NCBI GenBank assembly: GCA_963768175.1
Contig: CAVYGQ010000001.1
Span: forward strand, 100,481-164,480
Reading direction: 5' to 3'
Length of the DNA: 64,000 nucleotides
Origin: Candidatus Doudnabacteria bacterium
GTDB taxonomy: Bacteria > Patescibacteriota > Doudnabacteria > UBA920
Shown piece after piece: positions 35,082-43,973 of this stretch. Each line of letters opens with the position of its first letter. Position 1 is the stretch's first letter. A program made the position numbers and the translations under genes. The notes below the pieces were generated by a model. It was not told the origin of the DNA. It did no database searches and saw only the letters and a program-made list of their open reading frames with translations.

Positions 35082-35324
35082 ATGTCTATAGCCGATATTC
35101 AAAGTTTATACCTGCAATTTTTAAGTAACTTTCCGGTGACTTTGCGCCCGCTAATTTCTATCGGCGTCGCTATATTAATAGTCTATTCCATTTTTAAGGT
35201 CATTAAAAAAGATTGGATTTTCCTTATCGCTTTGGTTATCCTCTTGCCGGCCAGCCAGCCCATTCTGCAAAGCGTCTGGCAGGGGATTGTGGCCTTTATT
35301 AAGTTTTTGTTGAATACAAAATAA
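35082..35324 (+). CDS. Small two-TM membrane protein
   Basis: Only the hydrophobic profile supports this call. Confidence 0.3.
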   Translation: MSIADIQSLYLQFLSNFPVTLRPLISIGVAILIVYSIFKVIKKDWIFLIALVILLPASQPILQSVWQGIVAFIKFLLNTK

Positions 35325-35552
35325 CAATAACAACAACTATAACTATAACAAACCCAAGATGAGCAAGTTATAGTTATTTTTATTTTATTGTTATAGTTAA
35401 ACTTGTGGATAACTTTAAGGTAAACGTTAGTTTACCCCGTACCAAATTTGGTGGATAACCAAATTTGGTGTTTTTTTATAATTATCAAAAAAAATCAAAA
35501 TGTCCAATAAAATAAGCATTTGATGCGGGGTTTACCTTGTTTTTATTGGTAT

Positions 35553-35585
35553 TTGACACTTGGTGAACGTTCGTATATTGTATAT
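35553..35585 (+). promoter_or_regulatory. lexA promoter (TTGACA -35) with candidate SOS box GGTGAACGTTCGTATATTGTAT
   Basis: TTGACA lies at 35553-35558. The motif shared with the dinB promoter contains the palindromic core GAACGTTC. Confidence 0.5.
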
Positions 35586-35609
35586 ATGTGAGCATTAACG
35601 AACAACAAT

Positions 35610-36227
35610 ATGGAAAAAGATATCACCCAGCGCCAAAAAGAGTTATTAAGCTTTATTACAAAACAGATTCGCGACCATGCTTTGCCTCCAAGCATATCAG
35701 AAATGGCCACTTATTTAAAAGTAAAGTCCAAGAACGGGGTTGCCAAACTTTTAAATGCGCTTGAGGCACAAGGTTATATTCGGACTAGCGGCAAGGCCCG
35801 CGGTATTGAAGTGTTAAATTCTTTGGGGGAAAGTTTGCAAAAGGGCTTGGTGGCGGTGCCGCTGCTCGGCAACATTCAGGCCGGAACCCCGCACTTGGCG
35901 GAAGAAAACATTGAGGAATGGATAAATTTGCCGCAAACCTTAATTAAAAGCCGAAGGGACGTGTTTTTGCTAAAAGTCAGGGGCGACAGCATGATAAACG
36001 CCGGAATTTTTGAAGGAGATTTGGTTATAGTCCGGCCAACCCATGACGTAAGAAATAACGACATTGTAGTGGCTCTGCTCCACGATGAAGCCACGGTCAA
36101 GCGGTTTATCCAAATAAAAAACCGGGCCTATTTGAAAGCCGAAAACCCGGACTACAAAAATATTTACCCCAAAGAAGAATGGATAGTCCAGGGCAAGGTG
36201 GTGGGGGTGATAAGAAATTTAGAGTAG
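35610..36227 (+). CDS. lexA: LexA repressor (S24 peptidase)
   Basis: An N-terminal wHTH is followed by the cleavage-site region and GDSMINAGIFEGDLVIV, with a Ser/Lys dyad. Confidence 0.92.
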   Translation: MEKDITQRQKELLSFITKQIRDHALPPSISEMATYLKVKSKNGVAKLLNALEAQGYIRTSGKARGIEVLNSLGESLQKGLVAVPLLGNIQAGTPHLAEENIEEWINLPQTLIKSRRDVFLLKVRGDSMINAGIFEGDLVIVRPTHDVRNNDIVVALLHDEATVKRFIQIKNRAYLKAENPDYKNIYPKEEWIVQGKVVGVIRNLE

Positions 36228-36263
36228 GTGGGTAGCTTGTAGGGATGTAGCTTAAAAAGATTT

Positions 36264-36617
36264 ATGCAAACTTATAAAGATCTTATTGTTTGGAAGAAGT
36301 CCATGGAATTGGTTGTCGTTGTTTACAAACTTACCGATTTTTATCCGGCCTCTGAACAATATGGTTTGACTTCTCAATCACGCCGATGCTCAGTTTCCAT
36401 ACCTTCAAATATAGCTGAGGGTAAACGGCGCGGGACTATTAAGGAATTCAGACATTTTTTGTTAATTTCTTATGGCTCCGGAGCCGAATTAGAAACTCAA
36501 ATTGAGATCGCAAAACGGTTATCGTGGGGGCAAAAATTAGATTTTACAAAAGTGGATAGGCTGTTAGAAGAAGTTATGAAGATTTTAAACAAAATGATTA
36601 ATAACTTACAAGGTTGA
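36264..36617 (+). CDS. Four-helix-bundle protein (TIGR02436-like, the '23S rRNA intervening sequence protein' family)
   Basis: YKLTDFYPASEQYGLTSQ.RR...SIPSNIAEG...EF..FL.IS.GS..ELETQ matches the family pattern. Confidence 0.7.
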   Translation: MQTYKDLIVWKKSMELVVVVYKLTDFYPASEQYGLTSQSRRCSVSIPSNIAEGKRRGTIKEFRHFLLISYGSGAELETQIEIAKRLSWGQKLDFTKVDRLLEEVMKILNKMINNLQG

Positions 36618-36868
36618 AGTTACGCATTGCAGGTTCCCCTACATTCTTACTAACCTACAAGCTACTTGCTAAGCTTATGTCCGAGCTCCAGAAACAAAAA
36701 TTAAATATCCTTGCCCAGTTACGCGGGCTTTGCGCGCATTGTTCCTGTGGTTCCTCCCACCCGCATCGCTGCCCGGTGCAGGAAATTTCCGCGCGTATCT
36801 CTTCCTTGCGCGGCGTACCGTTGATTGTGAACAACGAATTCAAAGGCGTGTTTTTTTCAAAAATTTAA

Positions 36869-37304
36869 AGGTTAAATAAACACCCTCAGCAGAGACGGTC
36901 TTCCGGTAAGCTGGAAGACCGCTCTGCGAGGGCGCCCTGCGCCAAGAGGGGTTAACACCGGAGGGGCTGGCGCAGGATTTTTTGGGGGGAAGAGGCCTGA
37001 GGAGGCACTACAGTTTGGCCTCAACCCCCTGCTGCCTAAGGAACTTTTGACACCTCTCCAGAGCACGAGAGAGGAGAGGGCTTAGGAGGTTACCTCCCGG
37101 AATCTAAAGTATCCGGGAATGTCCCTGGGGGCAGCGAGCTTATGATTCCGTCCTATAATGAATTTTTGAGCCGGCGGGAGCCCACAGGCGTGGGTCTCGG
37201 AGGAGAAGGATCCCCCGCCGGCTGTCCCGAAGTATGTAAATATATTATAGGATTTTCTGTAAAGAAAGCAAGACTAAAAACACCCCAAATAATTGGGGTG
37301 TTTT
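36869..37304 (+). ncRNA. GC-rich, highly structured non-coding region ending in a bidirectional terminator; candidate ncRNA of unknown class
   Basis: The region is ~55-60% GC with nested stems (cagagacggtcttccggtaagctggaagaccgctctg; gccggcggg...cccgccggc). No plausible ORF is present. The terminator caccccaaataattggggtg lies at 37281-37300 with flanking A/T runs. Confidence 0.3.
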
Positions 37305-37379
37305 TTGGTAGCGCTACAGGGAATCGGACCCTGATTTGTTGGCTGAGAACCAACCGTCCTAACCATTAGACGATAGCGC
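37305..37379 (-). tRNA. tRNA-Glu (anticodon CUC)
   Basis: The minus strand reads GGCGCUAUCGUCUAAUGGUUAGGACGGUUGGUUCUCAGCCAACAAAUCAGGGUCCGAUUCCCUGUAGCGCUACCA. It folds as a cloverleaf with anticodon loop UUCUCAG and an encoded CCA. Confidence 0.85.
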
Positions 37380-37619
37380 CATAATTGTATCAAATAATTC
37401 TTGCCTAGCTTTATAATAATGTTTAAGGTGGTATTCTCTTTTTCGTGCTTCCGTTAAGGTAGGGCATTCTTCAGTATAGACAATTTTAAAAGGTCTGTAT
37501 GGTTTGGTTGATTTGACCTTACCGTTGTTATGGTATCGCAATCTTTGTTCTTTATCTTCTGTACATCCGATGTACTTCCAATTTTGCTTTAAGCTTTGTA
37601 ATACATATATCCAAGCCAT
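37359..37619 (-). CDS. GIY-YIG nuclease superfamily protein (small, stand-alone)
   Basis: WIYVLQS...WKYIGCTEDKEQRLRYHNNG...FKIVYTEE..T.TEARKREYHLKH matches GIY-YIG motifs. The last 7 codons overlap the 5' 21 nt of tRNA-Glu. Confidence 0.7.
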   Translation of the reverse strand: MAWIYVLQSLKQNWKYIGCTEDKEQRLRYHNNGKVKSTKPYRPFKIVYTEECPTLTEARKREYHLKHYYKARQELFDTIMALSSNG

Positions 37620-37672
37620 AAAATCGATTTAATCATAGACCGTTTCCGCCGAAGGCGGACCCGCCTCCGGCG

Positions 37673-37694
37673 GGCTAACCATTAGACGATAGCG
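37673..37694 (-). repeat. Duplicate of the first 22 nt of tRNA-Glu (ggcgctatcgtctaatggttag), a direct repeat flanking the GIY-YIG gene
   Basis: It is an exact copy of 37358-37379 and lies ~290 bp upstream of the tRNA on the minus strand. It is followed by the hairpins cccgccggaggcggg and ccgccttcggcgg. Confidence 0.7.
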
Positions 37695-37928
37695 CCTCGT
37701 CGCGCTTTACTTCGCGCTTTCGTTCCGACTTCGATCGGAACTTTCGCGCTTCGTAAAGTGCTCCTCTTCCCCAAAAATCCGTGCTCGTCCCGACTAGTCG
37801 GGACTGCGCTCCTGATTTTTGGGGACCCCTTTATTAGGGGGTCTGTGATATTCTATCAAATTTTGAGAATTTAGCCAAGTGTGGCATAATTAAATAAAGC
37901 ATGTAACATAAAACATGTAGCATTTTGC

Positions 37929-39149
37929 ATGACACAAAAACAGATATTAAAATTCCCAGAAGGTTTTTTGTGGGGAGCGGCTTCAAGCGCTTATCAGACC
38001 GAAGGCAATAACACCAACACTGATTGGTGGGCATGGGAACATTCGCCCCGCCGGGAAGACCAGCTATTGGCGGAACGCAAAAACCTTATCGATTACCAAA
38101 GCGGGCTGGCTACGGATTTTTGGCATCGTTATGACGAAGACTTTGCTTTAGCACAGCAATTAAATCACAATGCCACGCGTTTTAGCGTTGAATGGTCGCG
38201 GATTGAACCAGTAGAAGGGAGGTTTGATGAACAGGTTTTGGACCATTATGAAAAAATGCTTCAGTCGGCCAAATTCCACGGTTTAAAAGTATTTTTGACC
38301 ATCCACCATTATACTTCGCCGGTTTGGTTTATGGAGCGCGGTGGTTTTACCAAACGTGGCAATTTGTTCCATTTTTTGCGCTACGCGCAAAAAGTCGCGG
38401 AGCGATTCCATGAATACGTGGATTTCTGGGTGACTATTAACGAACCCGGGCTTTACGCTGGGCAAAGCTATTGGCTCGGCGTCCATCCGCCGCAAGTTAA
38501 GAATTTCCGCCTGGCTTGGAAAGTCGCCGACAACATGATATTGGCCCACAACCAGCTTAGCCAGTTTCTCCGCACAAATTTTTCCCAACCAGTAAGCCTT
38601 GCTTTTAACCTGTGCGACTTTCAGCCGGCCGGATTTTTGGGCGGACTGGCTACGGATTTGGCCGATTACGTTGTTAACGAATATATTATCCGGCGGACAA
38701 TTGACGCCTGTGATTATATTGGCGTGAATTATTATTTTCATCACCACATCGGTATTTTTGGCATCCGCAAGCATAGCCACAGCCAGCATGACAACACCGA
38801 CCGCGGCTGGGGCATCCATCCAGACGGCATTGAACGGGTGCTTTTAGGATTAAAAAAGTTTCGCAAGCCGATTTACATTATTGAAAACGGAGTTGCGGAC
38901 GCTAAAGATGAAAAGCGGGAGCAATTTATTAAGGATCATCTGTTTTACGTATACAGCGCCATCCAAAAAGGCGCGGACGTGCGCAGTTATTTGTACTGGT
39001 CACTGACCGATAATTTTGAGTGGGAAGAAGGCTTCTGGCCCAGGTTCGGGCTTATAGAAATCGAGCGGGAAAATCTGCTTCGGCGCAAAGTGCGCTTTAG
39101 CGCCTTAAAGTATGCGGAAATATGCAAAACTAATACTTTAGAGTATTAG
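37929..39149 (+). CDS. Glycoside hydrolase family 1 beta-glucosidase
   Basis: The GH1 signatures are present: FLWGAASSAYQTEGN, the acid/base TINEP and the nucleophile I(I)ENG. Confidence 0.9.
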   Translation: MTQKQILKFPEGFLWGAASSAYQTEGNNTNTDWWAWEHSPRREDQLLAERKNLIDYQSGLATDFWHRYDEDFALAQQLNHNATRFSVEWSRIEPVEGRFDEQVLDHYEKMLQSAKFHGLKVFLTIHHYTSPVWFMERGGFTKRGNLFHFLRYAQKVAERFHEYVDFWVTINEPGLYAGQSYWLGVHPPQVKNFRLAWKVADNMILAHNQLSQFLRTNFSQPVSLAFNLCDFQPAGFLGGLATDLADYVVNEYIIRRTIDACDYIGVNYYFHHHIGIFGIRKHSHSQHDNTDRGWGIHPDGIERVLLGLKKFRKPIYIIENGVADAKDEKREQFIKDHLFYVYSAIQKGADVRSYLYWSLTDNFEWEEGFWPRFGLIEIERENLLRRKVRFSALKYAEICKTNTLEY

Positions 39150-39151
39150 TT

Positions 39152-39240
39152 TTTCTACTAAATACTAAAGTAACTAAATACGAAAGTGAGCAAAAGAAGG
39201 TTTAGTATTTCGCCCCCTTCGTATTTAGTAGAAAAAAAGA
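39152..39240. terminator. Long hairpin (bidirectional terminator-like) after the GH1 gene
   Basis: tttctactaaatac ... gtatttagtagaaaaaaa is an extended stem with flanking T/A runs. Confidence 0.4.
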
Positions 39241-40125
39241 ATGATAACCCTTCTAACAATCTTCCAATATCTAATCCAGGCGGTTGTAGATTTAATGGAT
39301 AAATTTTTGATTACCGCTCGGAGGGTGGAACCGGTAAAGTATACTTTTTATACCGTGGTAACGGGGTTAGTTATTTTGGTTATTTGGCCCTGGAATTACT
39401 ATTCTCTGCCGGCGCATTTTATTTTTTTGTGCTTGCTTTCGGGCGCCGTATTTTCTTTGGCGATGTATGTGTTTTTTAAAGCGCTTGCCCAAGGCGAAGT
39501 CTCCCGTGTGGTGCCGTTTGTATTCGGTCTCGTGCCAGTTTTTGACATTTTAATATCGGTAGTAACAGGCAGGGACGTATTGCGTCCCAATGAAGTAGCG
39601 GCGATGTTTTTGCTCATACCTGGCGCTTTATTAGTTTCCCACCAAAAAGCCGGCGGGTGGGGCAGCCACGCGGCGCTAAAGACTTTAGCCGCGTTTTTGA
39701 TGAGTTGTAATTACGCTCTTTGGCAATATGCCGCCCAAAAAGGCCCGGTGCTTAATAATTTGATGTGGAACCGTCTGGGTGCAGCTTTGGTTTTGTTTGT
39801 TTTGCTGATTTTGCCTAGTTTTAGGCATAAGGTTTTTTCTGTCGATGAAGTAAGAAGTAAATCTGGAACATCGGTTATATTTTTATTTAAACAATTGCTG
39901 GGCGGCCTGAATTTTGTATTTTTTAGTTTTTTGCTGGTCTTGGGCAAAATTGCCATTGTTAACGGCTTGCAGGGTTTCCGCTACGTATTTTTGTTGTTTT
40001 TCAGCCTGTTTTTGACTAAGAGACGGCGTTACTTGATATCGGAAAATCATAATAGTCAAATCCTAACCCAAAAGAGTTTTGGAATAGTTTTGATTTTTAT
40101 CGGTACGATTTTGCTATTTATGTAA
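39241..40125 (+). CDS. Polytopic membrane protein, DMT/EamA-like transporter
   Basis: It has ~10 TM helices arranged as two similar halves. Confidence 0.45.
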   Translation: MITLLTIFQYLIQAVVDLMDKFLITARRVEPVKYTFYTVVTGLVILVIWPWNYYSLPAHFIFLCLLSGAVFSLAMYVFFKALAQGEVSRVVPFVFGLVPVFDILISVVTGRDVLRPNEVAAMFLLIPGALLVSHQKAGGWGSHAALKTLAAFLMSCNYALWQYAAQKGPVLNNLMWNRLGAALVLFVLLILPSFRHKVFSVDEVRSKSGTSVIFLFKQLLGGLNFVFFSFLLVLGKIAIVNGLQGFRYVFLLFFSLFLTKRRRYLISENHNSQILTQKSFGIVLIFIGTILLFM

Positions 40126-40132
40126 ACTGCCT

Positions 40133-41122
40133 ATGCCGAAGAAAATTTTTATTGCTTTAATTGTGGTTATCATGGCCGTTTGGCTGGTGACTCTAAATGC
40201 CGGGCCAAAGGCCAAAACCATCCGTTATGGCGTGACTTTTAGCGTACCATACGCGCAGGGCCTTGGGATAGACTGGAAAGCGGCTTACTCCAGTGTAGTA
40301 ACCGATCTTAACGTAAAATTAATTCGCATTCCGGTTTATTGGGATGAAGTGGAAAATACACGTGACCAATATAATTGGGGCGACATAGATTATATGTTAA
40401 GTCTGGCTGAGCAAAATCATGTGCAGGTTATTTTGGTTGTCGGCAAAAGACTTCCGCGCTGGCCGGAATGCCACGAACCTTCGTGGGCTTCCAAATTGTC
40501 AAGCGCCGACGAACAAAACGCTCAGCTGTCTTATATGGAAACAGTAGTGCAAAAATATGAAGGCAATAGCGCCGTAACAACCTGGCAAGTGGAAAATGAG
40601 CCATTTTTGTCTTCTTTCGGCCTATGTCCGCCTTTGGACGTAAGTTTTTTTGATAAAGAAATCGCTTTGGTAAAAAGTTTGGACCCAGCCAGGCCGGTGT
40701 TGATTACCGACAGCGGCGAGCTTAACTGGTGGGTTTACGCCTCCGCCCGCGGAGACGAATTCGGCACTACCTACTACCGCTATGTTTATTCCGACGTGCT
40801 ACACCGCTACTGGACAAATTTTTATTTTTTTTCGTGGTTTTATCGTTTTAAGGCCGGTATGTTAAGATTAATGCATCCTGGGAAACCTGTTATAATATCC
40901 GAGCTTGAGGCCGAGCCTTGGACTACGGCCGGTATTCCTGACACCCCCATTGATCAGCAGTTTAAGACAATGAGCATGTATAATTTTAATACTATAATAG
41001 CCCACGCCTCCGGAACCGGATTTTCACCGCAGTACCTGTGGGGCGTGGAATGGTGGTATTGGATGAAGCAGCACGGGCATCCGGAGTTTTGGGAAAGAGC
41101 AAAACAACTTTTTGATCAGTAA
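40133..41122 (+). CDS. Membrane-anchored glycoside hydrolase, GH5-like (cellulase superfamily)
   Basis: An N-terminal TM helix is followed by a catalytic acid/base TWQVENEP (NEP motif) and a candidate nucleophile in IISELEAEPW, consistent with a TIM-barrel clan GH-A fold. Confidence 0.55.
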   Translation: MPKKIFIALIVVIMAVWLVTLNAGPKAKTIRYGVTFSVPYAQGLGIDWKAAYSSVVTDLNVKLIRIPVYWDEVENTRDQYNWGDIDYMLSLAEQNHVQVILVVGKRLPRWPECHEPSWASKLSSADEQNAQLSYMETVVQKYEGNSAVTTWQVENEPFLSSFGLCPPLDVSFFDKEIALVKSLDPARPVLITDSGELNWWVYASARGDEFGTTYYRYVYSDVLHRYWTNFYFFSWFYRFKAGMLRLMHPGKPVIISELEAEPWTTAGIPDTPIDQQFKTMSMYNFNTIIAHASGTGFSPQYLWGVEWWYWMKQHGHPEFWERAKQLFDQ

Positions 41123-41234
41123 TTAGTTTTAGGGTATGGCGGCCAGTGTAGTTATAAGGTGCTGGGTGTAAGGTATCCACTTTAAACTTACAACTAAAGA
41201 CCAAACCGGCTTCTAAAACTAACAACATACAACT

Positions 41235-42026
41235 ATGAATAAAATTATAGGAATTGACATTGGAGGGACAAAAATTACCGGTATTGTGTTTGACCCGTCT
41301 CGCTCTCGGCTCGCCGAGGCGGGCGGAAAAAAAGTTTTAAAAGAGTTGACTATCGTGACGCCAAAAACAGCCGCCGATTTTGCCTACAGCTTAAAACACC
41401 TTGTTGGTTTTTTATCGGCGGGACGTAAAATCCACGCTGTCGGCGTCGGCATGGCTGGGGTAATAGACACTAAGCGGAAGATCGCGGTTTATTCACCGAA
41501 TATTAAATGTATTAATAACTTTAATTTTAAGAAGTTGTTTGGCCGGCGGTTTAAGATTGAGGTTGCCAACGATGCCAAGTGTTTTGCTTTAGCGGAGGCC
41601 AGGTTAGGCCAAGGAAAAAATTACAACAGCGTTGTAGGAGTAATTTTAGGTACCGGCGTAGGTAGTGGTTTTGTTTTAGGCGGAAAAGTTTATACCGGAG
41701 AGCATTATGGAGCCGGGGAAGTAGGTCGGATGCTTTATGATGGCAGGCATACTTTTGAAAGCTTGTATCAAAAAGCCCGTGATTCCTATAATAACAAACA
41801 GTTATCGCAAATAGTAGGCGTCTTGCTGTGGGATTTTTGCCGCATGCTTGATCCGAATATTATTGTTTTGGGCGGGGGAGTCGCAACCGATAGAAAACGT
41901 AAATTCGTGGAAGAGGCTAAAACAATTTGTGCTGGTATGTTTTCATCTTACAGAATAAAGCCGCGCATAGCGGTTTCCAAATTAAAAAATGCGGGTGCTT
42001 TGGGCGCCGCGCTGTTGGTCGAATAA
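41235..42026 (+). CDS. ROK-family sugar kinase (glucokinase)
   Basis: The IGIDIGGTKI ATP motif and the overall ROK glucokinase pattern are present. Confidence 0.8.
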   Translation: MNKIIGIDIGGTKITGIVFDPSRSRLAEAGGKKVLKELTIVTPKTAADFAYSLKHLVGFLSAGRKIHAVGVGMAGVIDTKRKIAVYSPNIKCINNFNFKKLFGRRFKIEVANDAKCFALAEARLGQGKNYNSVVGVILGTGVGSGFVLGGKVYTGEHYGAGEVGRMLYDGRHTFESLYQKARDSYNNKQLSQIVGVLLWDFCRMLDPNIIVLGGGVATDRKRKFVEEAKTICAGMFSSYRIKPRIAVSKLKNAGALGAALLVE

Positions 42027-42033
42027 AAAAATT

Positions 42034-42168
42034 ATGGTTACAAACAAAAAGAAGTTTTTTTTACTCTTGGGACTGTTAACTTTACTGGCCGCGGCTTGCG
42101 CTAAAATTCAGTTGCAGCAGACGGTTCCGACTTCGCCAAAGGAATCTTACGAACAATTGCCGCAGTAG
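42034..42168 (+). CDS. Small putative lipoprotein (44 aa)
   Basis: MVTNKKKFFLLLGLLTLLAAACAK... has a signal peptide with a lipobox-like LAAC. It is below the ORF-track length cut-off. Confidence 0.3.
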   Translation: MVTNKKKFFLLLGLLTLLAAACAKIQLQQTVPTSPKESYEQLPQ

Positions 42169-42186
42169 GTTTGGGTTTTACGCTTT

Positions 42187-42981
42187 TTAGTTTGCCTCTT
42201 TCCCTTCGTCCTCGCCTTCTTTACTATTAATATTCTCTTGACTAGCGGGCTCTTGCGTTATAGATTTCGCGGTTTCGGTTTGCGCCGGCGCGGCTTCGGC
42301 AGGAGATTGGGGGCTTGATTCAAAAGTTAATGCTTGCTGGTTTAGACCTGGAGTTTGGGGAAGCTTAATTTGCTCCACTAATTTTGAAAATTCCGGCAGC
42401 TGGTTAACCGAAGCCAAACCCAAATGCATCAAAAATTCCGTTGTGGTTTGGTATAGGAAGCTCCGGGCATCGGCCGGGTTGCTGATTTTTTCTACTAGGC
42501 CGCGCATGAGCAAATGGCGCAGGCTGTATTGGGAGTTTACGCCTCTAATGGCTTCTATTTCTCCTTTGGAAATTGGCTGGCGGTAGGCGACTATGGCCAA
42601 AACTTCCACCGTGGCATCGGTTAGTTTTTCGCGGAGTTCGGCGTTTAGGAAATTTTTTACTTGTGTTGAGCAAGTGCTGTTGGTGGAAAGCTGGTATTCA
42701 CCATTATTTTTTAAAAGTATAATTCCGGAATCTTTTTTTTCTTCGGCCAAAGCTTCCAGCGCCATTTTAACGTCAGCTTCTTCCAATTCCAAAATCTTGG
42801 CAAAATCTTTAGCCTTAAAAGGTTTGCTTGCCACAAACAGTAAGGCCTCTAAAGTTTTCTTTACCCAGTTAGCGGACAACTTTGAAGGTTTTTCTTTCGA
42901 AACTTGTTTGGTAGTCGCCGTAAGCCCATCTTTCGTTTGATCACCCGTTCCGCTAATGAGGTTTAACTGTTCCTGTTCCAT
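42187..42981 (-). CDS. scpB: Segregation and condensation protein B (ScpB) with disordered terminal extensions
   Basis: Tandem winged-helix motifs are present (LEALLFVASKPF ... GEIEAIRGVNSQYSLRHLLMRGLVE). Confidence 0.85.
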   Translation of the reverse strand: MEQEQLNLISGTGDQTKDGLTATTKQVSKEKPSKLSANWVKKTLEALLFVASKPFKAKDFAKILELEEADVKMALEALAEEKKDSGIILLKNNGEYQLSTNSTCSTQVKNFLNAELREKLTDATVEVLAIVAYRQPISKGEIEAIRGVNSQYSLRHLLMRGLVEKISNPADARSFLYQTTTEFLMHLGLASVNQLPEFSKLVEQIKLPQTPGLNQQALTFESSPQSPAEAAPAQTETAKSITQEPASQENINSKEGEDEGKEAN

Positions 42982-43202
42982 AAAATGAATAATCCGATAA
43001 TTATTAAAATGCCTGCATATAATAAAATTGTCGGTTTGCGGCCTAAAAAGTTGCTTAAGCTTTTTTTATCCTGAAGCGGCGGTTTTATCCAGTCATGAGC
43101 CAGCAGCCAGCCTAGCGTGTGGTTGTAAATATCGTCTATGGCCAAAGAGCCGTAACAGACTCCGGCTAAAAGAAATATTAATCCAATAAGCGTCTTATCC
43201 AT
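42963..43202 (-). CDS. Small two-TM membrane protein
   Basis: Only hydrophobicity supports this. It overlaps the scpA start and scpB end by a few codons, consistent with an operon. Confidence 0.3.
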   Translation of the reverse strand: MDKTLIGLIFLLAGVCYGSLAIDDIYNHTLGWLLAHDWIKPPLQDKKSLSNFLGRKPTILLYAGILIIIGLFILWNRNS

Positions 43203-43917
43203 TGTTTGTGGTTTCCTGATTATACTTTTTTATTACCACATCCGCGAACAGCGCTTCCTGGTCGGCCACAAAAATTTTTTGCTTTATCAGCTCCAAAAGG
43301 GCTAAAAAAGTCACAATTATTTCACCCCTGTTTTTTGCGGTCGCGATTAAATCGCTGAGCTTGGTTTCTATTTTGGTGCTTAAAAAGTTCCTTAAATGGT
43401 CAATCTTTTCTTGAATAGAAATGGCTTCCTTAAGTTTGGCTTTGGGCAGGTTGTCCAGTTCTTTTAAGCCTTTCAAAACGGTTAAAATTGCCGCGTAAAG
43501 TTCTTTGGTGCTTATGTTGGGGTCGGGATAAAAATTAACCCTTTGTTCAAAGGTTATTGAACGTAAAAATCCTTGCCGTCTTTTATTGTCTAACTTTTTA
43601 AGGTATTTTGCGGCTTCTTTAAACTGTTTGTATAAAATCAGCTTGGCCTCCAAATCAAACCCGGCGTCTTCTTCTTCCGGCTCCAGCTCCAGCGTGGGCA
43701 AAATGGCTTTGGATTTTATAACCAAAAGTTTGGCGGCAATAGCTAGGTAATCTGCCAACACCGTCGGGTCAATTTTTTCCAAATGCTTGAGGTATTGCAA
43801 AAACTGCTCGGTAACTTCGGCCAGGGCGATTGTCGTAATATCCAATTGCCGCTGCTCAATAAGCGAGAGCAGCAAATCCAGCGGTCCTTCAAATTGTTTA
43901 ACTTTTGTTTGTAACAT
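43195..43917 (-). CDS. scpA: Segregation and condensation protein A (ScpA, kleisin)
   Basis: The FEGPLDLLLSLIEQRQLDI N-terminal motif is present. Confidence 0.85.
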   Translation of the reverse strand: MLQTKVKQFEGPLDLLLSLIEQRQLDITTIALAEVTEQFLQYLKHLEKIDPTVLADYLAIAAKLLVIKSKAILPTLELEPEEEDAGFDLEAKLILYKQFKEAAKYLKKLDNKRRQGFLRSITFEQRVNFYPDPNISTKELYAAILTVLKGLKELDNLPKAKLKEAISIQEKIDHLRNFLSTKIETKLSDLIATAKNRGEIIVTFLALLELIKQKIFVADQEALFADVVIKKYNQETTNNG

Positions 43918-43929
43918 CAGGCAGACAAA

Positions 43930-43969
43930 CCAGTGGGAAAGTTGTACAAATGTACAACTTTCCCACTGG
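43930..43969. terminator. Perfect 40-bp palindrome (ccagtgggaaagttgtacaaatgtacaactttcccactgg) between the ybaK-like gene and scpA
   Basis: A 17-bp perfect stem sits between tandem minus-strand genes. Confidence 0.5.
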
Positions 43970-43973
43970 CGGA

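Noticed and set aside
36869-37304. Calling this region RNase P RNA or tmRNA outright
   Set aside because: I could not find the near-universal RNase P P4 motifs (GGAAAGUCCGG / ACAGAANCCGGCUUA) or tmRNA features (a tRNA-like 3' end with a T-loop and CCA, and a tag ORF) by eye on either strand. It is left as an unclassified structured region.
36614-37369. ORFs 36614-36868 (+), 36872-37066 (-), 37142-37369 (+) and 37153-37353 (-) as protein-coding genes
   Set aside because: They lie in a GC-rich, stem-dense region where random ORFs are expected. They overlap each other, the tRNA and the terminator. Their translations are low-complexity and rich in Arg/Pro/Gly, typical of GC-rich non-coding DNA.
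37305-37694. Group I or group II intron interrupting tRNA-Glu
   Set aside because: The tRNA at 37305-37379 is intact and colinear. The upstream copy is a duplication of its first 22 nt rather than a separated exon. There are no intron catalytic-core motifs.
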